A stretch of DNA of 64,000 nt from an uncultured virus (IMG/VR IMGVR_UViG_3300033405_000010). Its lineage: Duplodnaviria; Heunggongvirae; Uroviricota; Caudoviricetes. Below are positions 9,579-18,754 of the stretch, piece by piece. The position numbers and the translations under genes are program-made. Each line of letters starts with the position of its first letter. Position 1 is the stretch's first letter. The notes below the pieces were generated by a model. That model saw nothing but the letters and a program-made list of their open reading frames with translations, was not told the DNA's origin and searched no databases. The stretch lies in IMG/VR virus record IMGVR_UViG_3300033405_000010, one strand, 5' to 3'.

Positions 9579-10720
9579 CAGTTGTTCCCCGCCAGGAGTT
9601 CCTGAAGTTCGGTCGCTGATGGCTGGCCGAGGTGCTCCGCCACGATTTCTCCGGCCCTACGCAGTTCGAGGAAGGGGACCCTGGACACGCCGTGCTCCAG
9701 GGAGAGGCTCTTCCCGGGCTCGTTCGTCACATCCACGTTGTGGTACTTGACACCCTTCTCGTCGAGCAGCTTCAACGTGTGGTGGCAGTGGACGCAGTAC
9801 TGCGACGTCCATACCGTCAGGCCGTCGGGCAGGCCGCGCCCATCGACTTCGTTGACGTGGGTGTGAGGCGCCGAGCGGTCGTGGGCGCAGACGCCGCCCG
9901 TGTCGCAGGCGGTCTCGGGAAGGAAGTCGCGGCGGAAGTCGTTGCGTAGGATGCGGACCTCGCCGGCGTCGAGCCTCGGGTTGTCGAGGCACTTCCCGAG
10001 GCGGTCGCAGAACTCCCGGGCCTTCGCGGCCATGTCGGTCATCTTCGCCGACTGGTAGTGCTCGACCAACTCCTCGCAGTGATGCTCCTTGGCGAGCCGC
10101 AGGTGCTTCTGCGTGCACCAGGAGGAGCCCGCGGCGTTCTTCGCCGGGTTCTCCCGGAGGTGCTCCTCGGCAGCCAGGAGGTTGTTCAGGATGCCGTCGG
10201 AGTTGTACTTGACAAGGTGGGCCAGGTCGCCGACCGGCCCCTCGGGCTCGACCTGCACCGGGTTCTCCATCCGGCGGAGCGTGCGCTCGGGATTCGTGGC
10301 GACCATCGGCCGCGGCTGGACCTCCTCCATGTCGAGGATGTAAAGGAACGCGCCGGACTTGTCCGTCGCCAGCACGGCGTCCTGGAACGTCAGGCCGTCC
10401 GCCTTACCGTCGAGCTGGATGTGCTTCAACTCGCCGAGGATGACCATCTCGTCGGCGTTCCGCTTGGGGGCGAGCGTGCAGGCGGTCCCCTTCTCACCCT
10501 CGTAGTCGGTGATGCCGGCCTTCAGGGGACCGTCGAGGAACTTGACGCGGCACAGGATTTGCCACTTCTTCTTCCGCCGGTCGTAGGCGAGCTTCGGCAG
10601 GTTCCTCTCGAACTGATGACGGAAGGCGCCGGTGTCCCGGGCGCAGAGCCCGGCGGTGACCGGAAGCGTGCAAGTGTAGGTGATGGCTCGGATGGAGCCG
10701 AACACCTTAGTCGACTTCAC
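9578..10720 (-). CDS. Multidomain Cys-rich protein with C-terminal glutaredoxin-like domain
   Basis: VWTSQYCVHC...GVSRVPFL (CxxC plus cis-Pro motif); GTG start after GGAGGG. Confidence 0.75.
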   Translation of the reverse strand: MKSTKVFGSIRAITYTCTLPVTAGLCARDTGAFRHQFERNLPKLAYDRRKKKWQILCRVKFLDGPLKAGITDYEGEKGTACTLAPKRNADEMVILGELKHIQLDGKADGLTFQDAVLATDKSGAFLYILDMEEVQPRPMVATNPERTLRRMENPVQVEPEGPVGDLAHLVKYNSDGILNNLLAAEEHLRENPAKNAAGSSWCTQKHLRLAKEHHCEELVEHYQSAKMTDMAAKAREFCDRLGKCLDNPRLDAGEVRILRNDFRRDFLPETACDTGGVCAHDRSAPHTHVNEVDGRGLPDGLTVWTSQYCVHCHHTLKLLDEKGVKYHNVDVTNEPGKSLSLEHGVSRVPFLELRRAGEIVAEHLGQPSATELQELLAGNN

Positions 10721-10759
10721 GCTACCCTCCAATCGGCCCAGGGGTAAAGAGCGTTATCC

Positions 10760-11758
10760 TCATGCCGGGACGGGCGAGGTCCCCATCAGGAGGGCGAAGT
10801 TGTCGGGGGTGGGCTCCGGCGCGGGCTCTCCCGGCACGAGCTTGAGGTGGTGCCGGTAGACGAGGTAGGTCCGCAACTGACGGCCGCTGTCGTCGTCGTT
10901 CCCGAGGAAGAGGATGACGTCCTGCGGGATGGCGAGGTTCGGCGGGCCGAAGATGAGGTCGAACAGTTGCAGGCGGACTGCGTTGTCCAGGTAGGTCGCA
11001 CGGTTCGTGCTGAAGAGCGGGAAGATGTCCAGGGCGTCCTGCTCGTATAGGATTTGGTTGGCGAGCGACCACGCACCCTCGAAGAGTTCGGCGAGCGTCT
11101 TGTACCACACGTTCGGCACCGTCATCGAGCCGCGCCTCGGCCGGGCGGCCTCCAGGATTTCGGGGTAGCCACGGAAGACCGTGGGCGGGTTCCCGTGCGG
11201 GTGCGCGATGTAGCTTCCCGGCTTCAGGATGTTGAAGGTCGCTCCCTTGGCGTACTTGGCCGTAAAGGCGGCGACGTTCTTCGGCGCGGACCTCCACATC
11301 CCTCCCTCGATGGCCTTCTGCTCGACGGCGCGCGCGACCGACGTGGCCAGCGGTAATTGGTCATCGGACCAGTACGCCGGCCCAATCCACCCGTTGGTGA
11401 GGAGACAGTCGATGACGAAGGGGTTCATCGCGTTGCGAATCTTCCACGAGCGCCGAGAGATGAACACCGACCAGAGGTAGAACCAGGGGACCTGCCCCTC
11501 GGGCGGCCCGAGCAGCCCCGCCAGGACTTCGTAGAGTTGGTTGTCGAGGTCTGTCTGGTCCTTGAGGGTCAACTGATTCGCGGACGGGGCCTGAAAGTAG
11601 TAGAGGTAGTTGTTGAGCCCGGGCGTGGACTTCTCGGCGGAGTCCATCGCCCGACTGAGCGACATAATCCACTCGTACGGGGTCTTCGCCACGATGTTAA
11701 GCGAGGCGGCGGGGTTGGGCTCCGGCGTCACCGTAGTGGGACGGACGCGAACGGTCAC
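10760..11758 (-). CDS. Hypothetical protein (332 aa)
   Basis: Long ORF with typical codon bias. Confidence 0.75.
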   Translation of the reverse strand: MTVRVRPTTVTPEPNPAASLNIVAKTPYEWIMSLSRAMDSAEKSTPGLNNYLYYFQAPSANQLTLKDQTDLDNQLYEVLAGLLGPPEGQVPWFYLWSVFISRRSWKIRNAMNPFVIDCLLTNGWIGPAYWSDDQLPLATSVARAVEQKAIEGGMWRSAPKNVAAFTAKYAKGATFNILKPGSYIAHPHGNPPTVFRGYPEILEAARPRRGSMTVPNVWYKTLAELFEGAWSLANQILYEQDALDIFPLFSTNRATYLDNAVRLQLFDLIFGPPNLAIPQDVILFLGNDDDSGRQLRTYLVYRHHLKLVPGEPAPEPTPDNFALLMGTSPVPA

Positions 11759-11794
11759 GTTCCCCCTATCCGGTCGAGAGTATAGGAAGCCTTA

Positions 11795-12241
11795 CTAGGT
11801 GAGAATCTCCGTGCGGAGCCGCGCGTAGACCCGCGGGAGCGCCGCCCATCGGAGCTTGTTGCTACGGATTTGGTCCTCGACGAAGCCCCAGGTGAACCCG
11901 AGGACGCCCATCGAGGCGCCCGCGACGTCCCTCCCGATGGACCAGAAGAACTTCCGAATCAGTTGCAGGATGGCCTCGCGGTCCTGGTCGGTCGGCCGCG
12001 GGTTGGCGGGGAGCGCCGAGACGTCCTGCCGAATGGCCTCGTAGGCGCGCACGATTCCGAGGTGCTTGGCCGGGTCCTGGAACGCCTTTTCGGCGTCGGC
12101 GATGAAACTCCCGGCGAAGTCCTTCGGGATGTCCATCTCGGGGTATTCGAGAATCGCGCGGACGCCTCGGATGAGCCGCTGCTGGATGGCCTTCAGTTCG
12201 GAGGCCGGCACGCGAATCGCGGACTGCGGGACCTGCGCCAT
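11795..12241 (-). CDS. Hypothetical protein
   Basis: Start MAQVPQ overlapping the upstream stop. Confidence 0.7.
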   Translation of the reverse strand: MAQVPQSAIRVPASELKAIQQRLIRGVRAILEYPEMDIPKDFAGSFIADAEKAFQDPAKHLGIVRAYEAIRQDVSALPANPRPTDQDREAILQLIRKFFWSIGRDVAGASMGVLGFTWGFVEDQIRSNKLRWAALPRVYARLRTEILT

Positions 12242-12615
12242 CAGGACTTCGCGGGACCGGGGTCCTTCGGCTTGTGGAACTTCTCGACGACCTCGTCGAG
12301 GCCGGGGTAGTCGTAGTTGGCGCGCTTCTTCGCCTCTTCCGAGCCGCAGACCGGGCAGTGGGTCCACCGCTTGTCGACCGGCGTGCCGCAGTTGCTGCAC
12401 GCATAGCCCGAGAGCACGGCGCGGGTGACCGGGGACTGGAGGAACTGCTCGTGTTCGAGGTCCTCCCGCGCCCTGGGGTCGGTGATGACCGGCGTCGCCG
12501 CCGGCTCCGGAACTTGGGCGGCGGGCGACGCCGGTTGAGCCGGCGGCGCGCTCGCGGGCGCGGTCGGGGCAGCGTTCTCAGCGGGCTTGCTTGGCTTCAC
12601 CGTGACCTTCACCAT
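12241..12615 (-). CDS. Zinc-ribbon protein
   Basis: CSNC...CPVC after an Ala/Pro linker. Confidence 0.7.
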   Translation of the reverse strand: MVKVTVKPSKPAENAAPTAPASAPPAQPASPAAQVPEPAATPVITDPRAREDLEHEQFLQSPVTRAVLSGYACSNCGTPVDKRWTHCPVCGSEEAKKRANYDYPGLDEVVEKFHKPKDPGPAKS

Positions 12616-12616
12616 G

Positions 12617-13810
12617 TTACTGTTCTCCTCGGGGTTTCTTCTTCGGATTCGCCTGGACGTCCTCGCCCTCGCCACTTCCGAAGAGTGACGGGTCGATGCC
12701 ATCGGGGCGCGATGAGTCCCCCTCATCGAGCACCGTCGGCTCCTCGTCGACCTCCTCGGGGGCCGGGGCTGCGGGCTGGGCCGCGGGCTTCCCCGCCGGC
12801 TTCGCTCCGCCCTCGTAGATGGACAGCCGGTCCTTCATCTCCTGAATCTCACGGGCCTGCTGCTCGTTCTGTTGGAGGAGTTGTTGGGCCGCGTACGGGT
12901 TCTGCTGCTGAGGCGGGTAGCCGCCCTGCTGCGGGTAGAAGGGCTGCTGCGGACCCATGCCCGGCATCCCCTGGTCCGGCTCTACGCGGTACCGACCGCC
13001 CTGCCGCTGGGGGAAGACCCCGGGCGGACCCATCGGCTGCTGAGGTCCACCCTGCGGGGCCATCGGGTCGAACGGGCCCTGTGGCTGCTGCTGAAGGTAC
13101 GGCGGGGCAGGTGGCGCCTGACCCTGCATGTAGGGCGGAGCGGGCGGAGCGCCACTCGGGTTCCACGGAACCTGGTAGCCGCCCATGTCACCCTGAACGC
13201 CGGGCATCGACGGGGATGGCGGACCCGAGAGCGGAGGCGGCGGAGCCATGCCGGGCACCCCGCCCTGCTGGTACTGGTTCATCGTCTCGCGCCAGAGCCG
13301 GACGTCCTCGCGCCACCGCTCCGAGGCGCGCTCCTGCGCGGCCTCGGAGACCTTCATCTGGTGGTCGTAGTTCGCCCGCTCGCGCCACGCGGTCGCCATC
13401 TGCGAGACGACCTGGCCGAGGCCCTGACCGAACGTGCCCATGAAGTTCGAGTTGAGGATGGTCTCCATCGGGTTGTCCTTCCCGATGCCGAGTTCGGCGA
13501 GGCCGGTCTGGACCTCCTCGACCTCCTTGAGGGTCTGCCGGATGCGGCCGAGGCTCGACGCCATGCTGCCGGTCGCCGACGGCTGCGCGGTCGCCTGCCG
13601 CGGCTGATTGGCGCGGAGCATGTTCTGGAACTGCTGGTACTCCATCATCTCCATCTGCCGCTTCATCATCTCTCGCATCTCGGGAGTGACGAGAGGCTGG
13701 CTCGGGGTGGAGGTCGGGACCGGGACGGACTCCGGCTCAGCCGGCTCGGCCTCTACGTCGTAGACCGGCGGAGGAGGCGTCCGCTGCTGGGCAGGCCGAG
13801 CGACGGGCAT
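12617..13810 (-). CDS. Pro/Gln-rich, largely disordered protein
   Basis: 397 aa, low-complexity PQGM region. Confidence 0.75.
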   Translation of the reverse strand: MPVARPAQQRTPPPPVYDVEAEPAEPESVPVPTSTPSQPLVTPEMREMMKRQMEMMEYQQFQNMLRANQPRQATAQPSATGSMASSLGRIRQTLKEVEEVQTGLAELGIGKDNPMETILNSNFMGTFGQGLGQVVSQMATAWRERANYDHQMKVSEAAQERASERWREDVRLWRETMNQYQQGGVPGMAPPPPLSGPPSPSMPGVQGDMGGYQVPWNPSGAPPAPPYMQGQAPPAPPYLQQQPQGPFDPMAPQGGPQQPMGPPGVFPQRQGGRYRVEPDQGMPGMGPQQPFYPQQGGYPPQQQNPYAAQQLLQQNEQQAREIQEMKDRLSIYEGGAKPAGKPAAQPAAPAPEEVDEEPTVLDEGDSSRPDGIDPSLFGSGEGEDVQANPKKKPRGEQ

Positions 13811-14278
13811 CTACGTCCCACCCTGGAGGCCCTTCTCGACCTCTCGGAGATAGTCGACGTTCAGGATTTCGGTCCAGTCGATGACCTGCTCACAGGTCTC
13901 GTTCGGGCACTCGGGCTGACCGATGATGAGCGCGTCGCCGCACTTCGGGCAGACGAACACGCGGTCCTCGGGAATCTCCACCTCGGCCACCGTGGCAGGG
14001 GCAGGGGCGGCCGTTGGCGGGTTCTGCGCGACGGGCGGAGCGTGCACCGTTGCGACCGCGGCCTCGATGCCCTTCAGGCGCTCATCGAAGAGCGCCGTCC
14101 GGGAATCCATCGCGGCCTTGACCTTGTCCGGGATGCCGGCCTCGACCTTCTCTAGCTGAGCCTTCAGCTTGTCGAGACGGTCGCAGTCCTCTCCGTGGCA
14201 GGTCTTCAGGGCCTCGTCGATGGCCTTGAGCTTCGTTCGGATTTCGGCGACCACGTCTTCCGGTTCGTCCTTCGCCAT
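13811..14278 (-). CDS. Coiled-coil plus zinc-ribbon protein
   Basis: CPKC...CPNETC. Confidence 0.75.
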   Translation of the reverse strand: MAKDEPEDVVAEIRTKLKAIDEALKTCHGEDCDRLDKLKAQLEKVEAGIPDKVKAAMDSRTALFDERLKGIEAAVATVHAPPVAQNPPTAAPAPATVAEVEIPEDRVFVCPKCGDALIIGQPECPNETCEQVIDWTEILNVDYLREVEKGLQGGT

Positions 14279-14279
14279 G

Positions 14280-14750
14280 TTACTTGCTCCTCAGTGCTTT
14301 CCTGAGCTTCCCCTCTTCCGCCATCCTTTTCCAGAACGGGCTTCGCCGCACGTACTCCAACTCCTGGAGGACGTCGGCCGGAATCTTCACGGGGTTGCTC
14401 GTGGAGGATTGAACGACTTCGGGGCGGAACTCGCCCGCGACCGGCGGCGAGGTAGACGACAGCACGGTCGGCGCCGGGTCCGCCGAGGGAACGGGCGCGG
14501 GCGTGGCGCCGCGCCGGTCCCGGGTTTGCAGTGGCTTGGGCCTCAGTTCAACGCCGCCCTTCGGGTCGAGGCCAACGTAGCGGTAGACCTGCTTCGCCAC
14601 GGCGGCTCGATGCCAGGTGGGGTGCATGACAGCAATCCGGTCGCTGACGTCACTCCGATTGGCCTCGTTGCCCTTGGCAGCCTTGGCCTCTTCGACGGCG
14701 GTGTCGATGGCCTTTCTCCAGCCGGTGTGCCGGACCATCGACGGCACCAC
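14280..14750 (-). CDS. Hypothetical protein
   Basis: ORF after GGGTTCAAATACC (minus strand). Confidence 0.65.
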   Translation of the reverse strand: MVPSMVRHTGWRKAIDTAVEEAKAAKGNEANRSDVSDRIAVMHPTWHRAAVAKQVYRYVGLDPKGGVELRPKPLQTRDRRGATPAPVPSADPAPTVLSSTSPPVAGEFRPEVVQSSTSNPVKIPADVLQELEYVRRSPFWKRMAEEGKLRKALRSK

Positions 14751-14813
14751 CCGGCTCAGGGTATTTGAACCCTAACACGCGGAAGCGGGCTTGCGTGCCA
14801 GCGGGCAGCAGCC

Positions 14814-15293
14814 TCAATCTATGGCGTCGTCGATGGCCCTGTCGGTGACGGAGTCCACCACTTTCGCCATCACCTTCGTCTCCTCGGGCGTCAGCGGCGC
14901 GAGCGCCGGGGGCGGAGGAATCGGGCCCTCCGAATTGGGCGACAGGAACGGCGCGGTACCATCATCGACCGGCCGAATGGGGAACGGCGAGTCCGGGATG
15001 GTCAGGTCGGTGGCCGACACTCCCTCGGACGCGACCGGCGAGAACGACGTCGGCGTCGAGGCCCCGTCGATTGCTGGCAGGGCGGGCGCGCTCACCGCGC
15101 CGCTCCGCTGCATAAGGAAGAACTTCTCCATCAGGTCGCCGGCCTTGCCGAGGATGTCATCGTACTGGTGCGCTCCGAGCGAGTGGTGGAGCAGCGCGAG
15201 CGCCGCCTCACGGTTGAACTTCTCGTCGTTCGGCGGAATGTTGCACGTCTCGCGGATGTCCTGGAGAATCTTGCGGACCTGTTCGTCGACCAT
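14814..15293 (-). CDS. Hypothetical protein
   Basis: Start MVDEQVRK at a TGATG overlap. Confidence 0.65.
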   Translation of the reverse strand: MVDEQVRKILQDIRETCNIPPNDEKFNREAALALLHHSLGAHQYDDILGKAGDLMEKFFLMQRSGAVSAPALPAIDGASTPTSFSPVASEGVSATDLTIPDSPFPIRPVDDGTAPFLSPNSEGPIPPPPALAPLTPEETKVMAKVVDSVTDRAIDDAID

Positions 15294-15796
15294 CAGCGCC
15301 ACCACGGAGGCTGGTACCACCCGACGCGGAGCGCCTCCCGCTCGCGCAGTCGGAGGAGAAGGATTTCGGCGAGATGCTCGTCCCCCAGCGGCACCCGCGA
15401 GAGGCCCGAGAGTTCGAGCCGACCGTTGAAGCGGCCGTGGTCGAAGACCTGGACGGTCTGATGATGCGCGTAGACCCGGTACTCGCGCCCCGGCCACAGC
15501 TTCGAGGGGATGGCGAGGCCCGCCGGGCTTTCGAGCGCCGCCGTGTCCTCGGGCGAGAGCATCCGGCGGCGGAGCGCGATGGCCCGCTTCTTCGCCTCCT
15601 CAGAGGGGGGGTCTCGGATGAACGCCGTGTCACCGGTCGCCATCTTCGGCCCGTCCTTGGCCTTGATGGTCAGGCTTCCGGTGGAGGAGACCGAGATGGT
15701 CGCGCGGTACGCGACGGGGGCCCATATGGCGTCGTAGTAGACGCGCGCCAGGCGGTCGAGGCCCTTGGTCGGCGTGTCGAGGATGACGCTGCTCAC
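15293..15796 (-). CDS. Hypothetical protein, partner of the upstream di-Gly protein
   Basis: VPLGDEHLAEILLL motif. Confidence 0.65.
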   Translation of the reverse strand: MSSVILDTPTKGLDRLARVYYDAIWAPVAYRATISVSSTGSLTIKAKDGPKMATGDTAFIRDPPSEEAKKRAIALRRRMLSPEDTAALESPAGLAIPSKLWPGREYRVYAHHQTVQVFDHGRFNGRLELSGLSRVPLGDEHLAEILLLRLREREALRVGWYQPPWWR

Positions 15797-16113
15797 GAAT
15801 ACCCCGCCTCGCGCCCACCCTGTTGGCGCGGCGCCAGGAAGATGATTTTCATCTCGGGGTCGAACTCGGTTACCTGCTTCCCCTTCTCGAAGAGGTAGCC
15901 CTCGCCCTTGAGGGCGTACGCTTCGAAGCCCGCAGCGATTTTCGCGTCGAACCGTTTCTTCGCCGCGACCACGTCCGGCGGGATGACCTCGGCCGTGACG
16001 GTCGTTTTCTTGATTCGTCGGCGCCGCCAGACGGTCTTGCGGTCGCCCGCCCAGTCGAGTTCGATGAGCGTGCCCGTATCCTCGTCACCCTTCATGCTTG
16101 GTGTCTCCATCAC
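15793..16113 (-). CDS. Small protein with near-terminal Gly-Gly (possible ubiquitin-like)
   Basis: GD..W...A..F...GFxAY...FDP...IIF.P..GG pattern. Confidence 0.55.
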   Translation of the reverse strand: MMETPSMKGDEDTGTLIELDWAGDRKTVWRRRRIKKTTVTAEVIPPDVVAAKKRFDAKIAAGFEAYALKGEGYLFEKGKQVTEFDPEMKIIFLAPRQQGGREAGYS

Positions 16114-16483
16114 CGTTCCCTTCCTCGTCCTTCTTTCGAGCCTCTTCGGTCCGCTTGCGGTAGTCGTCGAACGCCCTGGCCAGCTCGGCCCGCTCCTCGT
16201 CCGTGAGGACTTTATCGGGCTTCGGCATCTTGATGCCCATCGCGTCGAAGAGTTCGCGGAGCGGGTCCATCATGTGCTTCTGGGCCTCCTCGACCGCGTT
16301 CCGCGCTTCCTCCGACCTCCACTTCTCGAAGTCGACCACGAGCGCGTGCTTGAACGACTCGACCGCCATCGCCTCGATGAGCGCCTTGGACGAGGTTTCG
16401 TGATGCTCCGTGAACACGGCGAGGACCTCGGCGTAGGAGTGGTAGGCGAGTTCGGCACGCTCCCGGTGGGTGAGAGCCATCAC
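16085..16483 (-). CDS. Hypothetical helical protein
   Basis: ORF after TAAATAAATAA element. Confidence 0.65.
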   Translation of the reverse strand: MMALTHRERAELAYHSYAEVLAVFTEHHETSSKALIEAMAVESFKHALVVDFEKWRSEEARNAVEEAQKHMMDPLRELFDAMGIKMPKPDKVLTDEERAELARAFDDYRKRTEEARKKDEEGNGDGDTKHEG

Positions 16484-16504
16484 CGTCGGATGCCCTTCGG
16501 TTAT

Positions 16505-16669
16505 TTATTTACTCGCGTCGGGTTCAAAGTGCCCGCCCTTGCCGTCGCAGACGGCGCACTTCGCCATGTTGTACGTCTTCCCGTCCGCCCAGTAGGAGCG
16601 CACCTCCTTCTGCCCGTGGCAGTGCGAGCAGACGACCCATTTGCCCCGCTCGTCGGTGGCCTCGGTCAT
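16505..16669 (-). CDS. Small DnaJ-type zinc-finger protein
   Basis: Read by hand: CSHCHG...CAVCDGKG, 54 aa. Confidence 0.65.
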   Translation of the reverse strand: MTEATDERGKWVVCSHCHGQKEVRSYWADGKTYNMAKCAVCDGKGGHFEPDASK

Positions 16670-17628
16670 TCGGGCTCCTCCGACGGGGGGCTCGATGGTG
16701 CAGTGCTGTAGAGCCCGCCCTGGGGCTCCTCGTCGAAGTCCGCCAGCCGCTTCTGGAACGGCCTAAGCTTCGACTCGATAATCCGCCGGAACTCGGGGTT
16801 GAGTTCGTACGAAACGCTCCTCCGGTCGGTGGCTTTTGCTGCCTGCGCCGTCGTTCCGGTGCCGGCGAACGGGTCCAGGACGAGGTCGTCGACCACCGAG
16901 TACATGCGAATCAACCTCGTCGGCAACTCGCGCGGGAACGGGGCCGGGTGCTGCACGTCGCCGCTCCACTCCTTGGCGGCTCCCGGGAACTCCCACCGCT
17001 CCGAGTAGAACTCCATCCACTCGTCCAGGGTCAGTTTGGACGCCTTCCTTTTGTCGGGGTCGACGTCCGTGCGGGAGTACGTCGGGTTGCCGTCTTCGTC
17101 GGGTAGGCCGGGCTTGCGGAAGACCATGACGTGCTCGGTTTCCCGGCTGACGGCGCCCTCCAGGGGGAGGGGGTAGGAGCCCAAGATGGAGATGGTCTCC
17201 CGGTTGCTCGCGCGGATAGTGCGGGCCGCGAGCCAGATGATGTCGGCCTTCAGGTCCCAGCCCATCTCCAGCCACTTCATTATCGTCTCGTAGGCGAGGG
17301 GCAGAACGCAGTTCCGACCGAAGAGGCGCGAGGCCGTGTGCGGGTTCGCCAGGTTGATGCAGACGTAGCCGCCGGGGACCGTCACGCGCGCCATCTCGGG
17401 GTAGAACTCGAAGAGCCGGTCGCGGAACGTACGGTAGTCGGCCATCGAGAGAACGGGCATCTCGACCTGGTCGGGCAGGTCGTTCCCGGGGCTGGAGTAC
17501 TGGGCGCCGATGCCGTACGGCGGGCTGGTCACGGTCAGCGGGACCGAGTTGTCCTCTAGCTCCGCCATCCTTCGGGAGCTATGAAAGTAGACAACGTGAC
17601 GGCCGTCGTTGCTGCGGATGTCCGGCAC
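16666..17628 (-). CDS. DNA methyltransferase, N4-C/N6-A, beta class
   Basis: TSPPY, HPAPFP, LDPFAGTGTT. Confidence 0.93.
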   Translation of the reverse strand: MPDIRSNDGRHVVYFHSSRRMAELEDNSVPLTVTSPPYGIGAQYSSPGNDLPDQVEMPVLSMADYRTFRDRLFEFYPEMARVTVPGGYVCINLANPHTASRLFGRNCVLPLAYETIMKWLEMGWDLKADIIWLAARTIRASNRETISILGSYPLPLEGAVSRETEHVMVFRKPGLPDEDGNPTYSRTDVDPDKRKASKLTLDEWMEFYSERWEFPGAAKEWSGDVQHPAPFPRELPTRLIRMYSVVDDLVLDPFAGTGTTAQAAKATDRRSVSYELNPEFRRIIESKLRPFQKRLADFDEEPQGGLYSTAPSSPPSEEPE

Positions 17629-17637
17629 GGGACACCG

Positions 17638-17835
17638 TCAGTCGTACTCGTGCGCGATGTACGCGGTGCGCTTCTGCTCGCGCCGATAGAGCGCGAGCGC
17701 GCCCGCGCCCGCGACCACGGCTACGATGGCGGCGGCGACCATGCAGTCCCAGAAGATGGCGCGCAGGAACGTCTGCACGAGTATCTCGGCCACGATGCCG
17801 ATGAGCAGCCCGATGGCGAAGGACGACGACTTCAC
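17638..17835 (-). CDS. Small 2-TM membrane protein
   Basis: Hydrophobic 65 aa. Confidence 0.65.
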   Translation of the reverse strand: MKSSSFAIGLLIGIVAEILVQTFLRAIFWDCMVAAAIVAVVAGAGALALYRREQKRTAYIAHEYD

Positions 17836-18036
17836 CTACGCCCTCCCGCCGCGCATCACGCGCATGTGAGCCGCGTGGCGCTTGCCGCTCTCCGCGCGCT
17901 TCTTCCGCACGGGACCCTTCTCGACCAGGTCCCGCTCTAGCAGGTCGGCGATGTAGGCCGACCGCTTCTTCTCGCCGCGTGACTTCTCCAACCAGTCCCA
18001 TAGACTGTTGGGCAGCGAGACGGAGAAGACGGGCAT
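17836..18036 (-). CDS. Ribbon-helix-helix DNA-binding protein
   Basis: VFSVSLP...RSAYIADLL. Confidence 0.75.
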   Translation of the reverse strand: MPVFSVSLPNSLWDWLEKSRGEKKRSAYIADLLERDLVEKGPVRKKRAESGKRHAAHMRVMRGGRA

Positions 18037-18327
18037 CTACGCGCTCCCCTTCCCGAGGTTGAGGAGCACCTGACGGGTACCCGGGTCTTTCGGGTCGAGC
18101 TTGAGCTTCTCGCAGACGTTCACGTACCGCTCCAGGTCCCACAGGTTCAGTTCGTTCGGCGGGGGTGCGTGCGTCTGCGCCGCCGACCGTGCCCTCTGCT
18201 CCTTGTCCGACTCGATGAAGTAGTCGATGGCCGGCTGCAAGATTTTCGCCAGGTCGCTCGCCTCGTTGGTCTTCACGGCCTGCACCAGTCGGGTCACCGC
18301 GTCCAACGTCTCGGTCGCTTCGCTCAT
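18037..18327 (-). CDS. Hypothetical protein
   Basis: Start MSEATET, coupled to the neighbouring gene. Confidence 0.65.
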   Translation of the reverse strand: MSEATETLDAVTRLVQAVKTNEASDLAKILQPAIDYFIESDKEQRARSAAQTHAPPPNELNLWDLERYVNVCEKLKLDPKDPGTRQVLLNLGKGSA

Positions 18328-18560
18328 GCTTGTGTGTTCACCTTCTTGGAAGGGGTTAGGAACTGACGGAGCTTGACCCGACACCCGTCGCACATATCGA
18401 GGTGCAGCGACGTGTTCGCGCACTCGATTCCGAGCTTGTCATCCTCGTCGCCGTACGGCCCCTCGAACTTGGGCAGCTTCCGGGACATGACCTCGACCTT
18501 GCGCGACTTCTCGACCTCGACGACCTTGCCGCAGATGTCGCAGCGGGTCAGTTGGGTCAT
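18324..18560 (-). CDS. Small zinc-binding protein
   Basis: CDIC...DMCDGC. Confidence 0.7.
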   Translation of the reverse strand: MTQLTRCDICGKVVEVEKSRKVEVMSRKLPKFEGPYGDEDDKLGIECANTSLHLDMCDGCRVKLRQFLTPSKKVNTQA

Positions 18561-18754
18561 GCCGTCACCACCTCGATTCGGACGATGGGTCGCATCGGCA
18601 TGAATGGGTTCCCGATGATGGTCAGCTTCTCCTCGAACTCGACCGTGACGGATTCCCCTTCCTTGACGGTCGGCGCGTCCCATCCGTTCTCCTGGTCCCG
18701 GGCCAACATCAACGGTGGCGAGTTCTCCCCCGTGAGCGTGACCTTCAGTTTCAT
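18557..18754 (-). CDS. Small beta-rich hypothetical protein
   Basis: MKLKVTLTGE..., ATGA overlap with the TROVE stop. Confidence 0.6.
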   Translation of the reverse strand: MKLKVTLTGENSPPLMLARDQENGWDAPTVKEGESVTVEFEEKLTIIGNPFMPMRPIVRIEVVTA

